A stretch of DNA of 64,000 nucleotides, from positions 32,001-96,000 of IMG/VR virus record IMGVR_UViG_3300023174_000090, one strand, 5' to 3'. This document shows positions 40,035-51,091 of this stretch, in pieces. Every line of letters starts with the position of its first letter. Position 1 is the stretch's first letter. The notes under the pieces were generated by a model, which did no database searches, had not been told where the DNA came from, and worked only from the letters and a program-made list of their open reading frames with translations. Both the position numbers and the translations under genes were made by a program. This DNA comes from a virus.

Positions 40035-41750
40035 TTAATATTTATCTGTTTTGACGTCCCAATGTTTGTTAAATGTATCTAATTTAGAACAAATAACATC
40101 TGTCGTATATGTTTCTCTTGTAAATCGATGCTTTACATTTAAAATCATCCATTGTCCTAAAAATCTATCATCAAATACATTATTATTTCCACTAGAAGAA
40201 TCTTTATCTACAAACAAAAACCTTCCGGGACTTCTATTTGTAAGTCCCAAAGTCCTAAAATAAAGAGCTTGTCCCAATAAACACAACGATCTTAACATGT
40301 GAATTTGAGAATTTCTTGTAGAAAAGAATTTTCTAACATTATGAATGTTATTTGTTAATAATCCACTACTTTTTGTTTTATTAATATTCATTAATATTTC
40401 CGCATTATTATTTTTAGATTTAAAACTATACAAACCTTCTTTAGCAAACTCTTTTATCTTATTGTAAGCATCTTCTATTGTATTTTCTTTAAAAAATATG
40501 TTAAATTGATTGGATTCGAAATCATAATTATGAGAAGGAGTATTAGCAAGATTCAAATCATCAACAGGTAACATTGGAACAAATTTATAATCAAGTATTT
40601 TAGATGCAATTCCGGAACTAAAGTTTTTGATAGTCCCTTCCTGTGTCAAATCTGCCCTTGGAAAATATGGAGGTAAATCAGAATTGCCCATCGTATCTGT
40701 AACACTTATATGTTCAACTTGTTGTTTGCTCGAATCTTGTATTAATGTCTTTAGAGAAGTTAAATAAAATTTTTTCCCACCCTCAACATCATGCCTATCC
40801 AATTCTAAAAATACCGGACCTCCGTTTTCTGATTCAAAATCATTCATTACATAATTTAAATCGCCAATTGCCGATTCATTTGTGGGCGATGTATATAATA
40901 TCATACCATCATTTCCAGCTACACCCTTATCCCAACGGTCATTATCAAAATTATCAAAGCGAGTTTTTTCATAAATAATCGAGGATTTTTCATTAAAAGA
41001 AGAACCATTTAAAATAGCAGCTTGAGTTCGTTCTACCCCAACTTCTATATAAGGTTTTTCTGATTTCGGAGAATCAAATTGTTTAGAACTGAAGTTAGGA
41101 TCCGAATCATTAGATGCTGCTGCTTTTATGATAGATTGTATAGCATCGCTTATTGGCATGGACCTTTGAGTATCTGATGCATCTATATTTCCCTGATTAG
41201 GACCGTATAATGCAGTGGACCATTCTAATTTACGCTCACTCATTATTTGGTATCGTTCTTCTTGAAAATAAAATTTACGTCTTTTTATTTCAGAATTATC
41301 AGTTTTTAAATCCTCTATATCATATATAATCAATTCAAAAGACATTTCCCAATATTCTTTAGGAAGTTCTATATCTTTTACAATAGGAAATATTTTTAAA
41401 TAAACTTTGTTTCTGCCATCACTTCTAAATGCAAAAGGGGAATCTATTTTATAAGTTGGATTTTTTTTATTCGTGGATAATGGATACGACCCTCTTTCAA
41501 AAAACTCAAAATCATTAACTAAAACTACGTATCCCTTAGTGTTCCAACTTTCTAATGTTTCTTCGATAACCAATTCCTCTATAAAAAAGAACGGAATTTT
41601 TATAGGTTTAAAATTATCTAATTGATTATCCATCCAAGTTTCAATATAAAACAATTGATTTCCAATCTGAACGGTAAATGCTTCATCTGTTATTGCTATA
41701 ATATCTGAAGGAGCCTCCCTGTTTATATTGGATACTTGTGTAAGATTCAT
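40035..41750 (-). CDS. putative baseplate hub protein (gp27-like)
   Basis: Late-control-D/hub-like ends (IEETL...KGYV at N-terminus; GLTNRSPG...LGQWMILNVKHRF at C-terminus); tail module context. Confidence 0.6.
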   Translation of the reverse strand: MNLTQVSNINREAPSDIIAITDEAFTVQIGNQLFYIETWMDNQLDNFKPIKIPFFFIEELVIEETLESWNTKGYVVLVNDFEFFERGSYPLSTNKKNPTYKIDSPFAFRSDGRNKVYLKIFPIVKDIELPKEYWEMSFELIIYDIEDLKTDNSEIKRRKFYFQEERYQIMSERKLEWSTALYGPNQGNIDASDTQRSMPISDAIQSIIKAAASNDSDPNFSSKQFDSPKSEKPYIEVGVERTQAAILNGSSFNEKSSIIYEKTRFDNFDNDRWDKGVAGNDGMILYTSPTNESAIGDLNYVMNDFESENGGPVFLELDRHDVEGGKKFYLTSLKTLIQDSSKQQVEHISVTDTMGNSDLPPYFPRADLTQEGTIKNFSSGIASKILDYKFVPMLPVDDLNLANTPSHNYDFESNQFNIFFKENTIEDAYNKIKEFAKEGLYSFKSKNNNAEILMNINKTKSSGLLTNNIHNVRKFFSTRNSQIHMLRSLCLLGQALYFRTLGLTNRSPGRFLFVDKDSSSGNNNVFDDRFLGQWMILNVKHRFTRETYTTDVICSKLDTFNKHWDVKTDKY

Positions 41751-41755
41751 ATACG

Positions 41756-42355
41756 TTAACAATTAGTCGAATTTACATCAGATAATAAATCTACACTTAA
41801 TCTACTAAAAATAAAAGTTGCAGTACATATAATTTCTGAACCGGATTGGAAAGAAAAATCTATAGGACTGAGACTTGTTATAAATGCATTTTCATATTTA
41901 AATTCAATTACTTTATTATTAAATTCATCCAATCCAAAAACACTAAATGTTGCCATATAATCTGACATTGGATTTTTTAATATTAATTCTTTTTGGGTAA
42001 CAACTGCCGCTGCCGCAACATCGCTTGTACTATTTTGGTTATCATTGAATAGATTCAACCATTTCCATAATATCCAATAATTTTGATATCCATTATCTAT
42101 TAAAAATTTTAAAGACAATGCTTCATATGCAGGTCTCGAAAAACTAGAGGTATTATAAACCTGACCCCCAAAAGAAATGGCTTTTTCTGGTATTTTTATA
42201 TTCGGAACAGGAGAACCAAATGTAGTGAATTGTATTTTATTTGCACTATAAGAATCCTGCATTACCAAATCTGAGGTTTTTTTTAAATTTTTAGGCAAGT
42301 CCATGACAAATAAAAATTTATCATTTCTAGATCTGTTTAAAATTGTTTGATTCAT
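41756..42355 (-). CDS. tail completion / tube terminator (gp3-like)
   Basis: VPNIKIP, YEALSLKFLIDNGYQNY..LWKW, AFITSLSPI.F tube-fold motifs. Confidence 0.65.
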   Translation of the reverse strand: MNQTILNRSRNDKFLFVMDLPKNLKKTSDLVMQDSYSANKIQFTTFGSPVPNIKIPEKAISFGGQVYNTSSFSRPAYEALSLKFLIDNGYQNYWILWKWLNLFNDNQNSTSDVAAAAVVTQKELILKNPMSDYMATFSVFGLDEFNNKVIEFKYENAFITSLSPIDFSFQSGSEIICTATFIFSRLSVDLLSDVNSTNC

Positions 42356-42358
42356 ATA

Positions 42359-44212
42359 TTAAAATAATACAATTGGCTTATATTCTTCTGTAGGAGCTGT
42401 TGATTTGGATTTGTCGAAAGCATCTTTCTCATTTGTATGTGCCTGTAGAAGCCACATATATAACTTATCTCTGTCTTCCGAATATAAATCAAATCCCGTT
42501 TCAATATCCATACCACCAACATGTGAATACGGAGTATTTATAGAAGGCTTTCTTACAATAGTAGATCCTCCTCCTATTAACAACTTACTATTTTTAATTA
42601 ATTCACTATTATCAGTTATTGGTAAAATTTTTAACGGTCTTCCTTGATCATCTAAATCTTGAACTATAAAATATTTTCCAACCAAAGTTGGATCGAGTAT
42701 AAATAATGCCCATATGAGACCAAAAACTCTATCATCTAAATCCTTTTCAGATTTTTTTGAAAAAGTATAATTCGGAAGTTTAATAAAATTATCAATTTCT
42801 AATACGGTATCAATATCATTTAATTTTACACATTTTAAACTATTAATCCAATATCTAAAATTTGTTATACCTTTATATCTGGTATTTGTGTGATTGTGAA
42901 TTCCAAATCTGTGAGTGTTGTTATAGTGTTTACTAAATCCTTCAAAATGATAAGATACAACATTTTCATAATTATGCGTTTGGCATAAAACATCTAAAAT
43001 TTGCTGTCCATTGTTATTATTTTCAACAAGAATAGGAGGTCTTCCCCAATCTTCTAAAACGCCCATTAGACGAGTTCCAAAATGAAAAGGATTTATATTA
43101 TTAGAAGCAAAAATAGCTACTTGTTGTATGTTCTGTAAATCAGAAACATCAAGTATCTGAGCAACTGAATTTGTTCTTCCGATTCCTTCTCCCACATCAA
43201 CACCTATTACATAATAACTTTTAGGATCTGGAAATTTAAAAATTTTATATGCACCTTCATCCAAAACTAAAACAGGTTCTGGACAATTTTGTTTTAACTG
43301 ATTTAAATATTCCTCATCAACAACACTTTTATTCGGATCGTGAAATTTATTACCATATTCTTGATCAAAATCTTCTTTCGATCCCATTAATGAAATGGTA
43401 TCCTCTTTCCATTTATCGTCTCTTCCGGGGACATCCCACCAATTTACAACTTCTAAATTCCAACCACTATTAGGTTTTTGGGCATCTTCATATAGTTCAT
43501 AGAATTTATTATCCTTTCCGTTTGGAGTGGATATAACAACTATCTGAGATTTTTTCATAGAAGAAATAATTGGAATTGCAGATCTCCAAAGCTCCTTCAT
43601 CAAGTCATTAGGACAATGTGCCATTTCATCTATGATTAGAAGATTACTTGTAGTTCCTCTAGGACCGGATGTTGAGGTTGTACTAATAGTTATTGCAGAG
43701 TCATTTCCAAGTATAAAACCATCCTTTCTCCAAGATTTTATAGGAGGTTTTAAATATATAGGAAGTTGCTCATACGACATCTTAATTCTAGCAAATATTT
43801 CTTTGGCAGTTGCCTCTTTATTAGCAACTATTGTTATTCTTTTATCTGATTGAAAACATACCAACCATAAAGCATATATGGTTATGGTAGTGGTTTTGCC
43901 CGATTGACGTGAACTTAAAATAACGTTAAATCGTTCATTTTTAAATGATTTTAAAAGACGTTTTTGATATTTATATAATTCTATTTTTTTCTTCCCATCT
44001 TCTGTTATTATATAAAAATAATTTTCCGCAAAATGTAAAATACTTTTAACACATGTTTTCAATTCGGACTTCATATCTTCAGTCCATTTGAAAAGTGCAT
44101 CTTTTCTTAAAATATTTTCATTCCCTTGGTAGAATTTTCCATCGACTAATATTTCATCAATATCTATATCATCTACAGAATTTTCTTCTTTTTTTACTTT
44201 TTTTCTGGGCAT
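42359..44212 (-). CDS. gp17: terminase large subunit gp17
   Basis: YQ motif, SRQSGKTT, LLIIDE, ISTPNG, F.QEY, GVDVGEG, DDRV. Confidence 0.95.
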   Translation of the reverse strand: MPRKKVKKEENSVDDIDIDEILVDGKFYQGNENILRKDALFKWTEDMKSELKTCVKSILHFAENYFYIITEDGKKKIELYKYQKRLLKSFKNERFNVILSSRQSGKTTTITIYALWLVCFQSDKRITIVANKEATAKEIFARIKMSYEQLPIYLKPPIKSWRKDGFILGNDSAITISTTSTSGPRGTTSNLLIIDEMAHCPNDLMKELWRSAIPIISSMKKSQIVVISTPNGKDNKFYELYEDAQKPNSGWNLEVVNWWDVPGRDDKWKEDTISLMGSKEDFDQEYGNKFHDPNKSVVDEEYLNQLKQNCPEPVLVLDEGAYKIFKFPDPKSYYVIGVDVGEGIGRTNSVAQILDVSDLQNIQQVAIFASNNINPFHFGTRLMGVLEDWGRPPILVENNNNGQQILDVLCQTHNYENVVSYHFEGFSKHYNNTHRFGIHNHTNTRYKGITNFRYWINSLKCVKLNDIDTVLEIDNFIKLPNYTFSKKSEKDLDDRVFGLIWALFILDPTLVGKYFIVQDLDDQGRPLKILPITDNSELIKNSKLLIGGGSTIVRKPSINTPYSHVGGMDIETGFDLYSEDRDKLYMWLLQAHTNEKDAFDKSKSTAPTEEYKPIVLF

Positions 44213-44214
44213 AC

Positions 44215-44571
44215 CTATCTATTTAGTTGGTTTTTTAATTCCGAAAGTACATAAGAAACCAATTGAGATTTTAATATTTTCAATTCTTTACCCGCCTCTG
44301 GCATTATTACAGGATTTTTAATATTATTATATGTACAAATTAACCACCAAAGTTCCATTGTGTTATAATTTTTAAAAGATATTAGAGGCCATGTATCATT
44401 TTCCTTAACATAATATGAGATTTCTGCATTTGAATTATTAGACGGAAAAACATTTATAGATCTTAATAAATTATAAAATCTAAAATTATTATCATCTTCA
44501 TAGACATTTAAAAAATTTTCATATCTATATAAAGATAAGTTAGGGAGATCTGTAATCGAGTTTTGTTTCAT
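44215..44571 (-). CDS. baseplate wedge gp53-like (LysM-like)
   Basis: YYVKENDTWPLISFKNYNTMELWWLI..YNNI.NP. Confidence 0.75.
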   Translation of the reverse strand: MKQNSITDLPNLSLYRYENFLNVYEDDNNFRFYNLLRSINVFPSNNSNAEISYYVKENDTWPLISFKNYNTMELWWLICTYNNIKNPVIMPEAGKELKILKSQLVSYVLSELKNQLNR

Positions 44572-44575
44572 AACA

Positions 44576-45517
44576 TTATTCAGGAGTTGGAGGTATAATT
44601 ACCTTTACTTTATTTGAATCTGAAAAAGAACCCGATAAAATATTTACACTATCCTCCATTAACGATTCTAATGTAATTTCTATTTTATATGCTTCCGGTA
44701 TTAAACACGCTTTTCCGTCTCCAATATCTACGGATCGAGTAGTTCCTATCGACTTTACATCAAGAGATGACATATATGCAGCAGGCATGTATAGTCCTTT
44801 AAAATTAAGACCTTCTGCAAGATAAAGACTCGGAGCGATATGAGTCAAAAAACTAGTTTTAGTTTTTACGTTTTGAAGTTGTAACAGTTGACATAAATAA
44901 AAATTATCTTTAGTGTTTTTTAAGCTAACAGTATTGTATAGTGGAAATGATATTGATATGGACCTTTTACTAGTGTTTCCGAAAAAACTAGGAGGCTCAA
45001 ATCCAAATCCGGTAGAAAACATAGATGCAACATCCTTTCCCTTTTCGATATATCCCCCGAAAAAGGGTATGTTAGAAAGCTCAACGGGTTTCCAAGTGTT
45101 TTTTATATTTCCAGTAACACTGGCAGCATTTCCCACAAAATATGGAAAGTTATATATAAAGCCAGTTTCCATACCCGTATATAACTGTTGATATGGATCC
45201 ATACCCGCAGTGCTATCGGTAATAGGAGCATCATATATGCTACCAACACTTGAAACATTTTTTAAATATTCCCAAACGTTACTAAGATTTTGCAGCCATT
45301 TTCCTTTGGTAAGTTTATATTCTGTCAATTGTATTGATGGAACTTCACTATTAATTTCAGTATTATTTGATTGTATATTTCTCCACGAAAAATTATTCAC
45401 AACATCAATAGGATTACTACCCACTCCGATAGTATTAACAACAGGATATTTATACGACAAACTTCCTGATGTTGAATCTGCATCATTTAAAATAAACAAA
45501 GGACTTGTATATGCCAT
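44576..45517 (-). CDS. baseplate tail-tube cap (gp48-like)
   Basis: RSISISFPL, AYMSSLDVK, IPEAYKIEITL tube-fold motifs; lies between tape measure and gp53. Confidence 0.55.
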   Translation of the reverse strand: MAYTSPLFILNDADSTSGSLSYKYPVVNTIGVGSNPIDVVNNFSWRNIQSNNTEINSEVPSIQLTEYKLTKGKWLQNLSNVWEYLKNVSSVGSIYDAPITDSTAGMDPYQQLYTGMETGFIYNFPYFVGNAASVTGNIKNTWKPVELSNIPFFGGYIEKGKDVASMFSTGFGFEPPSFFGNTSKRSISISFPLYNTVSLKNTKDNFYLCQLLQLQNVKTKTSFLTHIAPSLYLAEGLNFKGLYMPAAYMSSLDVKSIGTTRSVDIGDGKACLIPEAYKIEITLESLMEDSVNILSGSFSDSNKVKVIIPPTPE

Positions 45518-45525
45518 ATATATAT

Positions 45526-47721
45526 TTATGGTTTATATGGCTGTCTAGCCATATTTCCAGTTTGAATTTTTCGATACGATTCTATCGGATCTCCTCCCCC
45601 ACCACCGGAAGACCCCCCGACAATAACTGATGACGCTCCTCTAGACTCTTGTAATTTAAATATAGAATCAGCCGAAAGGTCCACAACTGGAGGCGTAGAA
45701 GCAGGAGTTGCCCTCGGAGCAACAATTACAGGAACAGGAGGAGGAGTTGGTGCAGCGGTAGGTTGGAGCGGAATAAATCTCCTCTGAGGAGCATCGGACG
45801 CAGGAGACGAGGACGGAGCAGGTATAACTGAAGCAGTAGCTGATTTTCCACCAACAGAAGGCGTAGCAGGCGGCTGTGGAGTGACAGACGGCTGTGGCGT
45901 AGCAGACGGCATAGCCGATTGCGGAGAAGAACTTGAACTACTTTGCAGGGGAGAGTTATTATTTTCCGAAGCAATTCTCTGAGATTCCGCCGCATTCTTA
46001 TCTCGCATGAATTGTTCATGTCTCTTTGCTTCATAATTTTCCAACCAGACACTACCCGCCAGCCCCACTCCAGTACCAATCGCAGTTCCGACTGGACCTC
46101 CTATAAGGGTTCCCACTATGCCACCAATCCAAGGCAAAATAGCAGAAACAAACCTCAGAAACGCTCCTAATATATCTCCTTCGATTATTCTAGCAATTGC
46201 TTGATATGCACCATATGCAAATTGCAAGGGAACCGCTATTCTACCCAACCAACCAGCAATACGCATACCAAATTGTCCCAAAGCAGTAGATCCTTTTGTT
46301 AAAAAACCGCCAATCAATGGAAGTTTAGTTAAAAAACTACCAATCGATCCAAAAAATCCTTTAATTTTTCCAAAAATTGTTCCAATAGATCCCGATACTG
46401 ATTTTGCAGCATTCAATAATTTCGGTGGTATAATTTTATTTAAAAACGAACGTACCTTATTTGCGTTTGCTAATGCGGCCTTATTAATTTTTAAAACGTC
46501 TCTATATACTTTTCCCAAGGGACGTTTAATTGTTAAAAGAGATACCATAAATACATTTTTTATCAAGTCTTGCATCTTTGGACTATCAAGTCCCGTCATT
46601 ATTTGCAATCCTTTAGCCGCCTTTTCAACCTCCGTCTTATATCCAAAAAAACCAGCCATCTTATCAATCGCCCACCCCAGTTTATCTCCAAATAATGCGA
46701 ATGCTAATGTAGCTCCCGATATCATCGGAAGATAACGCATTAAAGTAGGTAGTCCACTTCTCGCCAGCCATCCCGCTAACAATCCCACACCTGCCAATTC
46801 CGCGCCAGAAGCCTGTGTAGGTTTTTTTCGTATTCTTTCTAAACTATCTCTACTCTCTTCGTTTGTTAATAAAATTTTTCGTAATAAAATACTTTGATCT
46901 TTACTATCTAAATTTAAAGATTTTAATATTTTAACAGCAGAAGTTTCATCTAAAGTTATCGATCTTTCTCCAGATTTTCGTAATAATTCTATACTATTTG
47001 GACTCAATTCTTGTTTTTTATCTACAAATTTCTGAAATATTTCATTCAATTGTTCTTTTTTTATTCCAGTAATTTTAGATAATGACTCGATTTTCTCCTC
47101 ATCAAATTTAAATTTTGATTCGTTTGATCGTATTAAAGAATCAAGTTTATCTAAAATATTGGGACCGAAATAATCCAATCCAACAGGAGATGTTGTAGTT
47201 AATTTATTTGGTATGTTTTGTATCTTTTCTTTTAATTTACTAACAATATCAGACAATCCCGTATTTTCCAAACTTACAGAAATTTTATCTGCCATTTGCT
47301 GTGGATTCGTAGTCGAATTTGTAGTCGAATTTGTATTAATATTATTTGAAATTTCGGATAGTTTAGAATTTGTTTCCTCTTCTATTTTTGAAAAATTTTC
47401 CTTAATATTATTAGAAATCTCTATAGCCTTTTCTAAAATTTCTTTTCTTAATACTCCAAGGGGGGATCCCTCAACAGTTTCTCGGGGAATTCCTAAAACA
47501 TCAGATACTATTTTAGAATAATCTACTTCAGATAATGATTGTTTCATCTTATCTGATGATTTTTTAGCAGAATCTTCAATATCCTGCTGAATCGCTTTGA
47601 TGTTTTGTTTATGTTCCGGATTTAATCCCAAAAAAACTTCTAAAAGTTTATTTGAATCTAATGAACCTATTACAGGTATTCCATTTTCTTTTAAAAATCG
47701 ATTTAAATCATCAAATGACAT
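45526..47721 (-). CDS. putative tape measure protein (gp29-like)
   Basis: Helical N-half, Gly-rich hydrophobic middle, Pro/Ser-rich tail, position in the tail module. Confidence 0.6.
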   Translation of the reverse strand: MSFDDLNRFLKENGIPVIGSLDSNKLLEVFLGLNPEHKQNIKAIQQDIEDSAKKSSDKMKQSLSEVDYSKIVSDVLGIPRETVEGSPLGVLRKEILEKAIEISNNIKENFSKIEEETNSKLSEISNNINTNSTTNSTTNPQQMADKISVSLENTGLSDIVSKLKEKIQNIPNKLTTTSPVGLDYFGPNILDKLDSLIRSNESKFKFDEEKIESLSKITGIKKEQLNEIFQKFVDKKQELSPNSIELLRKSGERSITLDETSAVKILKSLNLDSKDQSILLRKILLTNEESRDSLERIRKKPTQASGAELAGVGLLAGWLARSGLPTLMRYLPMISGATLAFALFGDKLGWAIDKMAGFFGYKTEVEKAAKGLQIMTGLDSPKMQDLIKNVFMVSLLTIKRPLGKVYRDVLKINKAALANANKVRSFLNKIIPPKLLNAAKSVSGSIGTIFGKIKGFFGSIGSFLTKLPLIGGFLTKGSTALGQFGMRIAGWLGRIAVPLQFAYGAYQAIARIIEGDILGAFLRFVSAILPWIGGIVGTLIGGPVGTAIGTGVGLAGSVWLENYEAKRHEQFMRDKNAAESQRIASENNNSPLQSSSSSSPQSAMPSATPQPSVTPQPPATPSVGGKSATASVIPAPSSSPASDAPQRRFIPLQPTAAPTPPPVPVIVAPRATPASTPPVVDLSADSIFKLQESRGASSVIVGGSSGGGGGDPIESYRKIQTGNMARQPYKP

Positions 47722-47764
47722 ATATAATACTTAATATATATGTCATTTTTTTATATTTATGAAA

Positions 47765-48571
47765 TTAATTTGATATAAAAATCAAACTATCTGCTTCTAA
47801 AATTTTAGTATATTCTAAATAAGAAACTTCCGACACCGCATTTATTTCGTTTTTAATATTCATTATACTTTGCAATATATTTTGTATTAAAGTTGCAGGA
47901 AGTTTTTCCACAATTTGAATCTTCTGTGGAATATGTAATGAATCGTAATTAATATCATTATCATTTATATGTATGGATTTAATATATTTTGCAGTTTCTC
48001 CTATAAATGCATCTGTTATAAGATTTTTTATATCATCTACATTATTTTCTTTTCTTTCTTTATTATAAATATAGGAATCAAAATCGCCCTCCGCATAAAA
48101 TTTTGGTATACTTAAAATAACATTGACTGAAATTTCATTTTTAGCATACGTAACATTTTTATTTTCAGGATGTTTAAATGATTTATATTTATCTAAAATA
48201 GAAAGTATGTTAATATCAGATTGAATTTTAGGATCTTCAGAAAAAATAACATTTATTGTTTCTGAAATTTGACTCCTTATGTGAAAAGCTATAGAATTTT
48301 TATCTATAATAGTAAGAGTTTTAAGCACTTCCGCATCCTCTTCACAATTAGAGGATAAAATTTCATAAAATATTTTAGAAAATGTTGATTTGGAAACAGA
48401 AGAGTCAATTGCAGACTCTATAATAGTTTTTTGTTGTTTGGCGTTTATTTCTTGAAATCGAATAGTACGCTCCAAAGAAGGAACCCATGCATCCACATAA
48501 AAATTTTCTTTTGCTATTTTATTTAATTTATTTAAAGCGTCTGTAAAATTTAAAATATTATTTTCGTTCAT
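47765..48571 (-). CDS. baseplate hub assembly protein (gp26-like)
   Basis: WVPSL..TIRFQEINAKQQK, LTIIDK...AFHIR..I; start 48571 preferred. Confidence 0.6.
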   Translation of the reverse strand: MNENNILNFTDALNKLNKIAKENFYVDAWVPSLERTIRFQEINAKQQKTIIESAIDSSVSKSTFSKIFYEILSSNCEEDAEVLKTLTIIDKNSIAFHIRSQISETINVIFSEDPKIQSDINILSILDKYKSFKHPENKNVTYAKNEISVNVILSIPKFYAEGDFDSYIYNKERKENNVDDIKNLITDAFIGETAKYIKSIHINDNDINYDSLHIPQKIQIVEKLPATLIQNILQSIMNIKNEINAVSEVSYLEYTKILEADSLIFISN

Positions 48572-48587
48572 GCAATAATTTATACAA

Positions 48588-49511
48588 TTATCCACCATAT
48601 TCAAGCATTAAATCTTGTAAATTCGTTGATTGAGAAGTTGACTCTTGAGCATTTTGATTTCTATATTCCATTTCTTCTTCTATGAATGAAAAGAAAACCC
48701 TTCTATCGGATATTGATAAATTATCTACATATTGGGGATTTATATTTTTAGATGCCAACATATAATATTCTTGATATATATTTCTCAAATCGCCAAAACT
48801 AAATAATAATCGCAAAAAATAAGGTATTGAACTATTAAAAAAATTTAATTTTAAAGAATCTAATCTAGATATTTTAAAAAAATTTATATCGCTTGTGGAT
48901 TTTAACATATCGTATATAGAAGCTTCTATTTTGGATTTCAAAGTTACTGGAAACTTTTCATACAAATTATTTTTTTCATTGGAATTTAATTGTGAAAATT
49001 CAATAAGAGAATTTTCAACATATAATTTACTTATAAACTCATAAAATGGATAATCATACAATTTTTTATCTGTATTAAAATAGAGTCCATCGGATTTAAA
49101 ATTTGGTATATCTAATTTACATTCAATGTTTTTATAAGATATTTTTTCTTTAAAAATTGAATTAAAATGTTGATATATTGATATCATAAGATTATTTAAA
49201 TTTAATGTTATTGTTATATTTTTATTATTTTCATTTAATATTAACTTTAATTCATCTCCAATACTAATATTACGTATTTTTATTGCATAAAGAAAAAACT
49301 CTATTAAATTTATATCTTTTAAATCTTCTTTATTTTCTGTGCAGTTTTCTAATATTTTTTTTAATATTCTATAAAATTCTGCATGATTTTCTTCATTTTC
49401 TGAAGGAAATATAATATTTGTTTTTGATAATATAAGCTGCTCTTTTGTATTAAATTCTCTATAATAGAGAACTTTTTTAGAAAATGGCATCTCCGAAGAA
49501 TAAACGTACAT
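48588..49511 (-). CDS. baseplate hub assembly protein (gp26-like with gp51-like C-terminus)
   Basis: MPFSKK..YREFNTKEQ.IL, IKIRNISIGD; C-terminal YVDNLSISDRRVF. Confidence 0.62.
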   Translation of the reverse strand: MYVYSSEMPFSKKVLYYREFNTKEQLILSKTNIIFPSENEENHAEFYRILKKILENCTENKEDLKDINLIEFFLYAIKIRNISIGDELKLILNENNKNITITLNLNNLMISIYQHFNSIFKEKISYKNIECKLDIPNFKSDGLYFNTDKKLYDYPFYEFISKLYVENSLIEFSQLNSNEKNNLYEKFPVTLKSKIEASIYDMLKSTSDINFFKISRLDSLKLNFFNSSIPYFLRLLFSFGDLRNIYQEYYMLASKNINPQYVDNLSISDRRVFFSFIEEEMEYRNQNAQESTSQSTNLQDLMLEYGG

Positions 49512-49520
49512 TATTTTTAT

Positions 49521-50480
49521 TTATGGTTTTAATTTAAATGGTAGTTTACTTATATTAAATTTTGATCTTGTAACCCCACCAATTGTCGTTTGTTCTAAAT
49601 TTCCATATTCAATATTCATAGTTGTCGTTACTTGACCATTATTTTTTTGTCTATTTTCATTAATAGAAAATCCTGTAACACCAACATCATTACTTGTTTT
49701 ATTTTGTAAAAAATTTGTATCAGCATTTAAAAAAGAAGAATCTCCGGATTTTTCGTTGGATTGTGCAGCTAATATACAATATGAATCATAAACAAAAGAG
49801 ACTCTATATTTCTGTACAGAAGTATCGATATTGTATGATAAAGAAGAACCCTCCACAGTAATAGGTGCTACATTAAAAAATCTTATTATTTTTCTATTTA
49901 TTTGATTAATTCCCGATCCGTTCTTACCATAAAAAAGAATATCTAATTTAGGCAATTTAATATTTTTTGTAGCATCTGATCGAGTTACAAATCCATAGTG
50001 TCCGGTCAAAATCATCCATTGTCTAATAAATAAATCAACAAACGAAAGATTTGTTTCTAAAAATGAAACAGTAAATTTTTGATAATTTCCTCTACCTTTT
50101 GAAGTTACTGGTGCTTGGAAAGCACCAAATTGTAATCCCTCATTAGAGGCGTCTATAGTATCACTAGGCAATGACACATCAGACGCAAATGCACAAAATG
50201 GATATATATCATGAGGGTTTGTATTTGATTTACTTGCGAATATTTCTATTATTTTTTTACTGACTTCCCACGAATCTGCACCACCTATCATTTCCAAATT
50301 CTTTAAAGTTGTTAAAAAATTAGATTTTAATAGCGGTAAATCATTTATCTCAATATATATACACCATTGAGTAGATGCGGGTATTGAGGTGGGCCATCTA
50401 CTCAATATATCGAGATACATTGGTATTGGACCATTTAGATTCTCATATCCAAAAGGAACCGCTTTTGCGTTTTCAGCCAT
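49521..50480 (-). CDS. tail tube initiator (gp54-like)
   Basis: VSLPS, FTVSFLET, FIRQW, FNVAPITV, VSFVYD tube-fold motifs; follows gp19. Confidence 0.6.
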   Translation of the reverse strand: MAENAKAVPFGYENLNGPIPMYLDILSRWPTSIPASTQWCIYIEINDLPLLKSNFLTTLKNLEMIGGADSWEVSKKIIEIFASKSNTNPHDIYPFCAFASDVSLPSDTIDASNEGLQFGAFQAPVTSKGRGNYQKFTVSFLETNLSFVDLFIRQWMILTGHYGFVTRSDATKNIKLPKLDILFYGKNGSGINQINRKIIRFFNVAPITVEGSSLSYNIDTSVQKYRVSFVYDSYCILAAQSNEKSGDSSFLNADTNFLQNKTSNDVGVTGFSINENRQKNNGQVTTTMNIEYGNLEQTTIGGVTRSKFNISKLPFKLKP

Positions 50481-50507
50481 ATCAAATACTTATTCGTTTG
50501 ATATGTT

Positions 50508-51077
50508 TTAAGGTTTTGCTATAAGAGGAGACGTTTCGGGTTGTACCCAGAATTGATACGCAAGAGTTACCTGTTGAGTAACAATTTCACCAGCAGCAGT
50601 TACATCTAAATTGTATGTTCCTACCTTAGTACAATAGGCTCCCATTAAGTTATAAACTCTTATAGGGGTTCCATCCTTACCCATTAAAGCAATGCCAATT
50701 TGACCCAAATCTCTTAAATTATACGCACCTGTAGATGTTGCATCATCAAACGTAGCTCTCGTCCATAATTCAAGTTTTTTTCTAATAGATAAATCTTGAG
50801 GCATTCTGAACGTAACGTTCCATGCATTACTTCCGGGATAACTTGCGGTTCCGGGGACATTAAACTGAAGACCCATAAAAGGAACTTGCACATTTTTAAT
50901 CTCTCTATCCGGAAGAGAAGTAGTTGTTATATAAACTAATTCTTCTCTATCAAATACTATATCCGAAGCTCCGGACGAAATATAGAGAACTCTGAAAAGA
51001 TTTGTTCTAGCAAAATCCTTTGACAAGGCAGCTTCGAAGAAGTTATTGATATCTTGATGTTGAAATAAGTTTGGCAT
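50508..51077 (-). CDS. gp19: tail tube protein gp19
   Basis: ARTNLFRV, LP.R....V.VPFMG, WNVTF, VTLAYQFW; adjacent to the sheath gene. Confidence 0.88.
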   Translation of the reverse strand: MPNLFQHQDINNFFEAALSKDFARTNLFRVLYISSGASDIVFDREELVYITTTSLPDREIKNVQVPFMGLQFNVPGTASYPGSNAWNVTFRMPQDLSIRKKLELWTRATFDDATSTGAYNLRDLGQIGIALMGKDGTPIRVYNLMGAYCTKVGTYNLDVTAAGEIVTQQVTLAYQFWVQPETSPLIAKP

Positions 51078-51091
51078 ATTAATATTTATCC

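Noticed and set aside
23638-44212. Inteins or introns in polymerase, helicase, UvsX or terminase
   Set aside because: Proteins have normal lengths and continuous motifs
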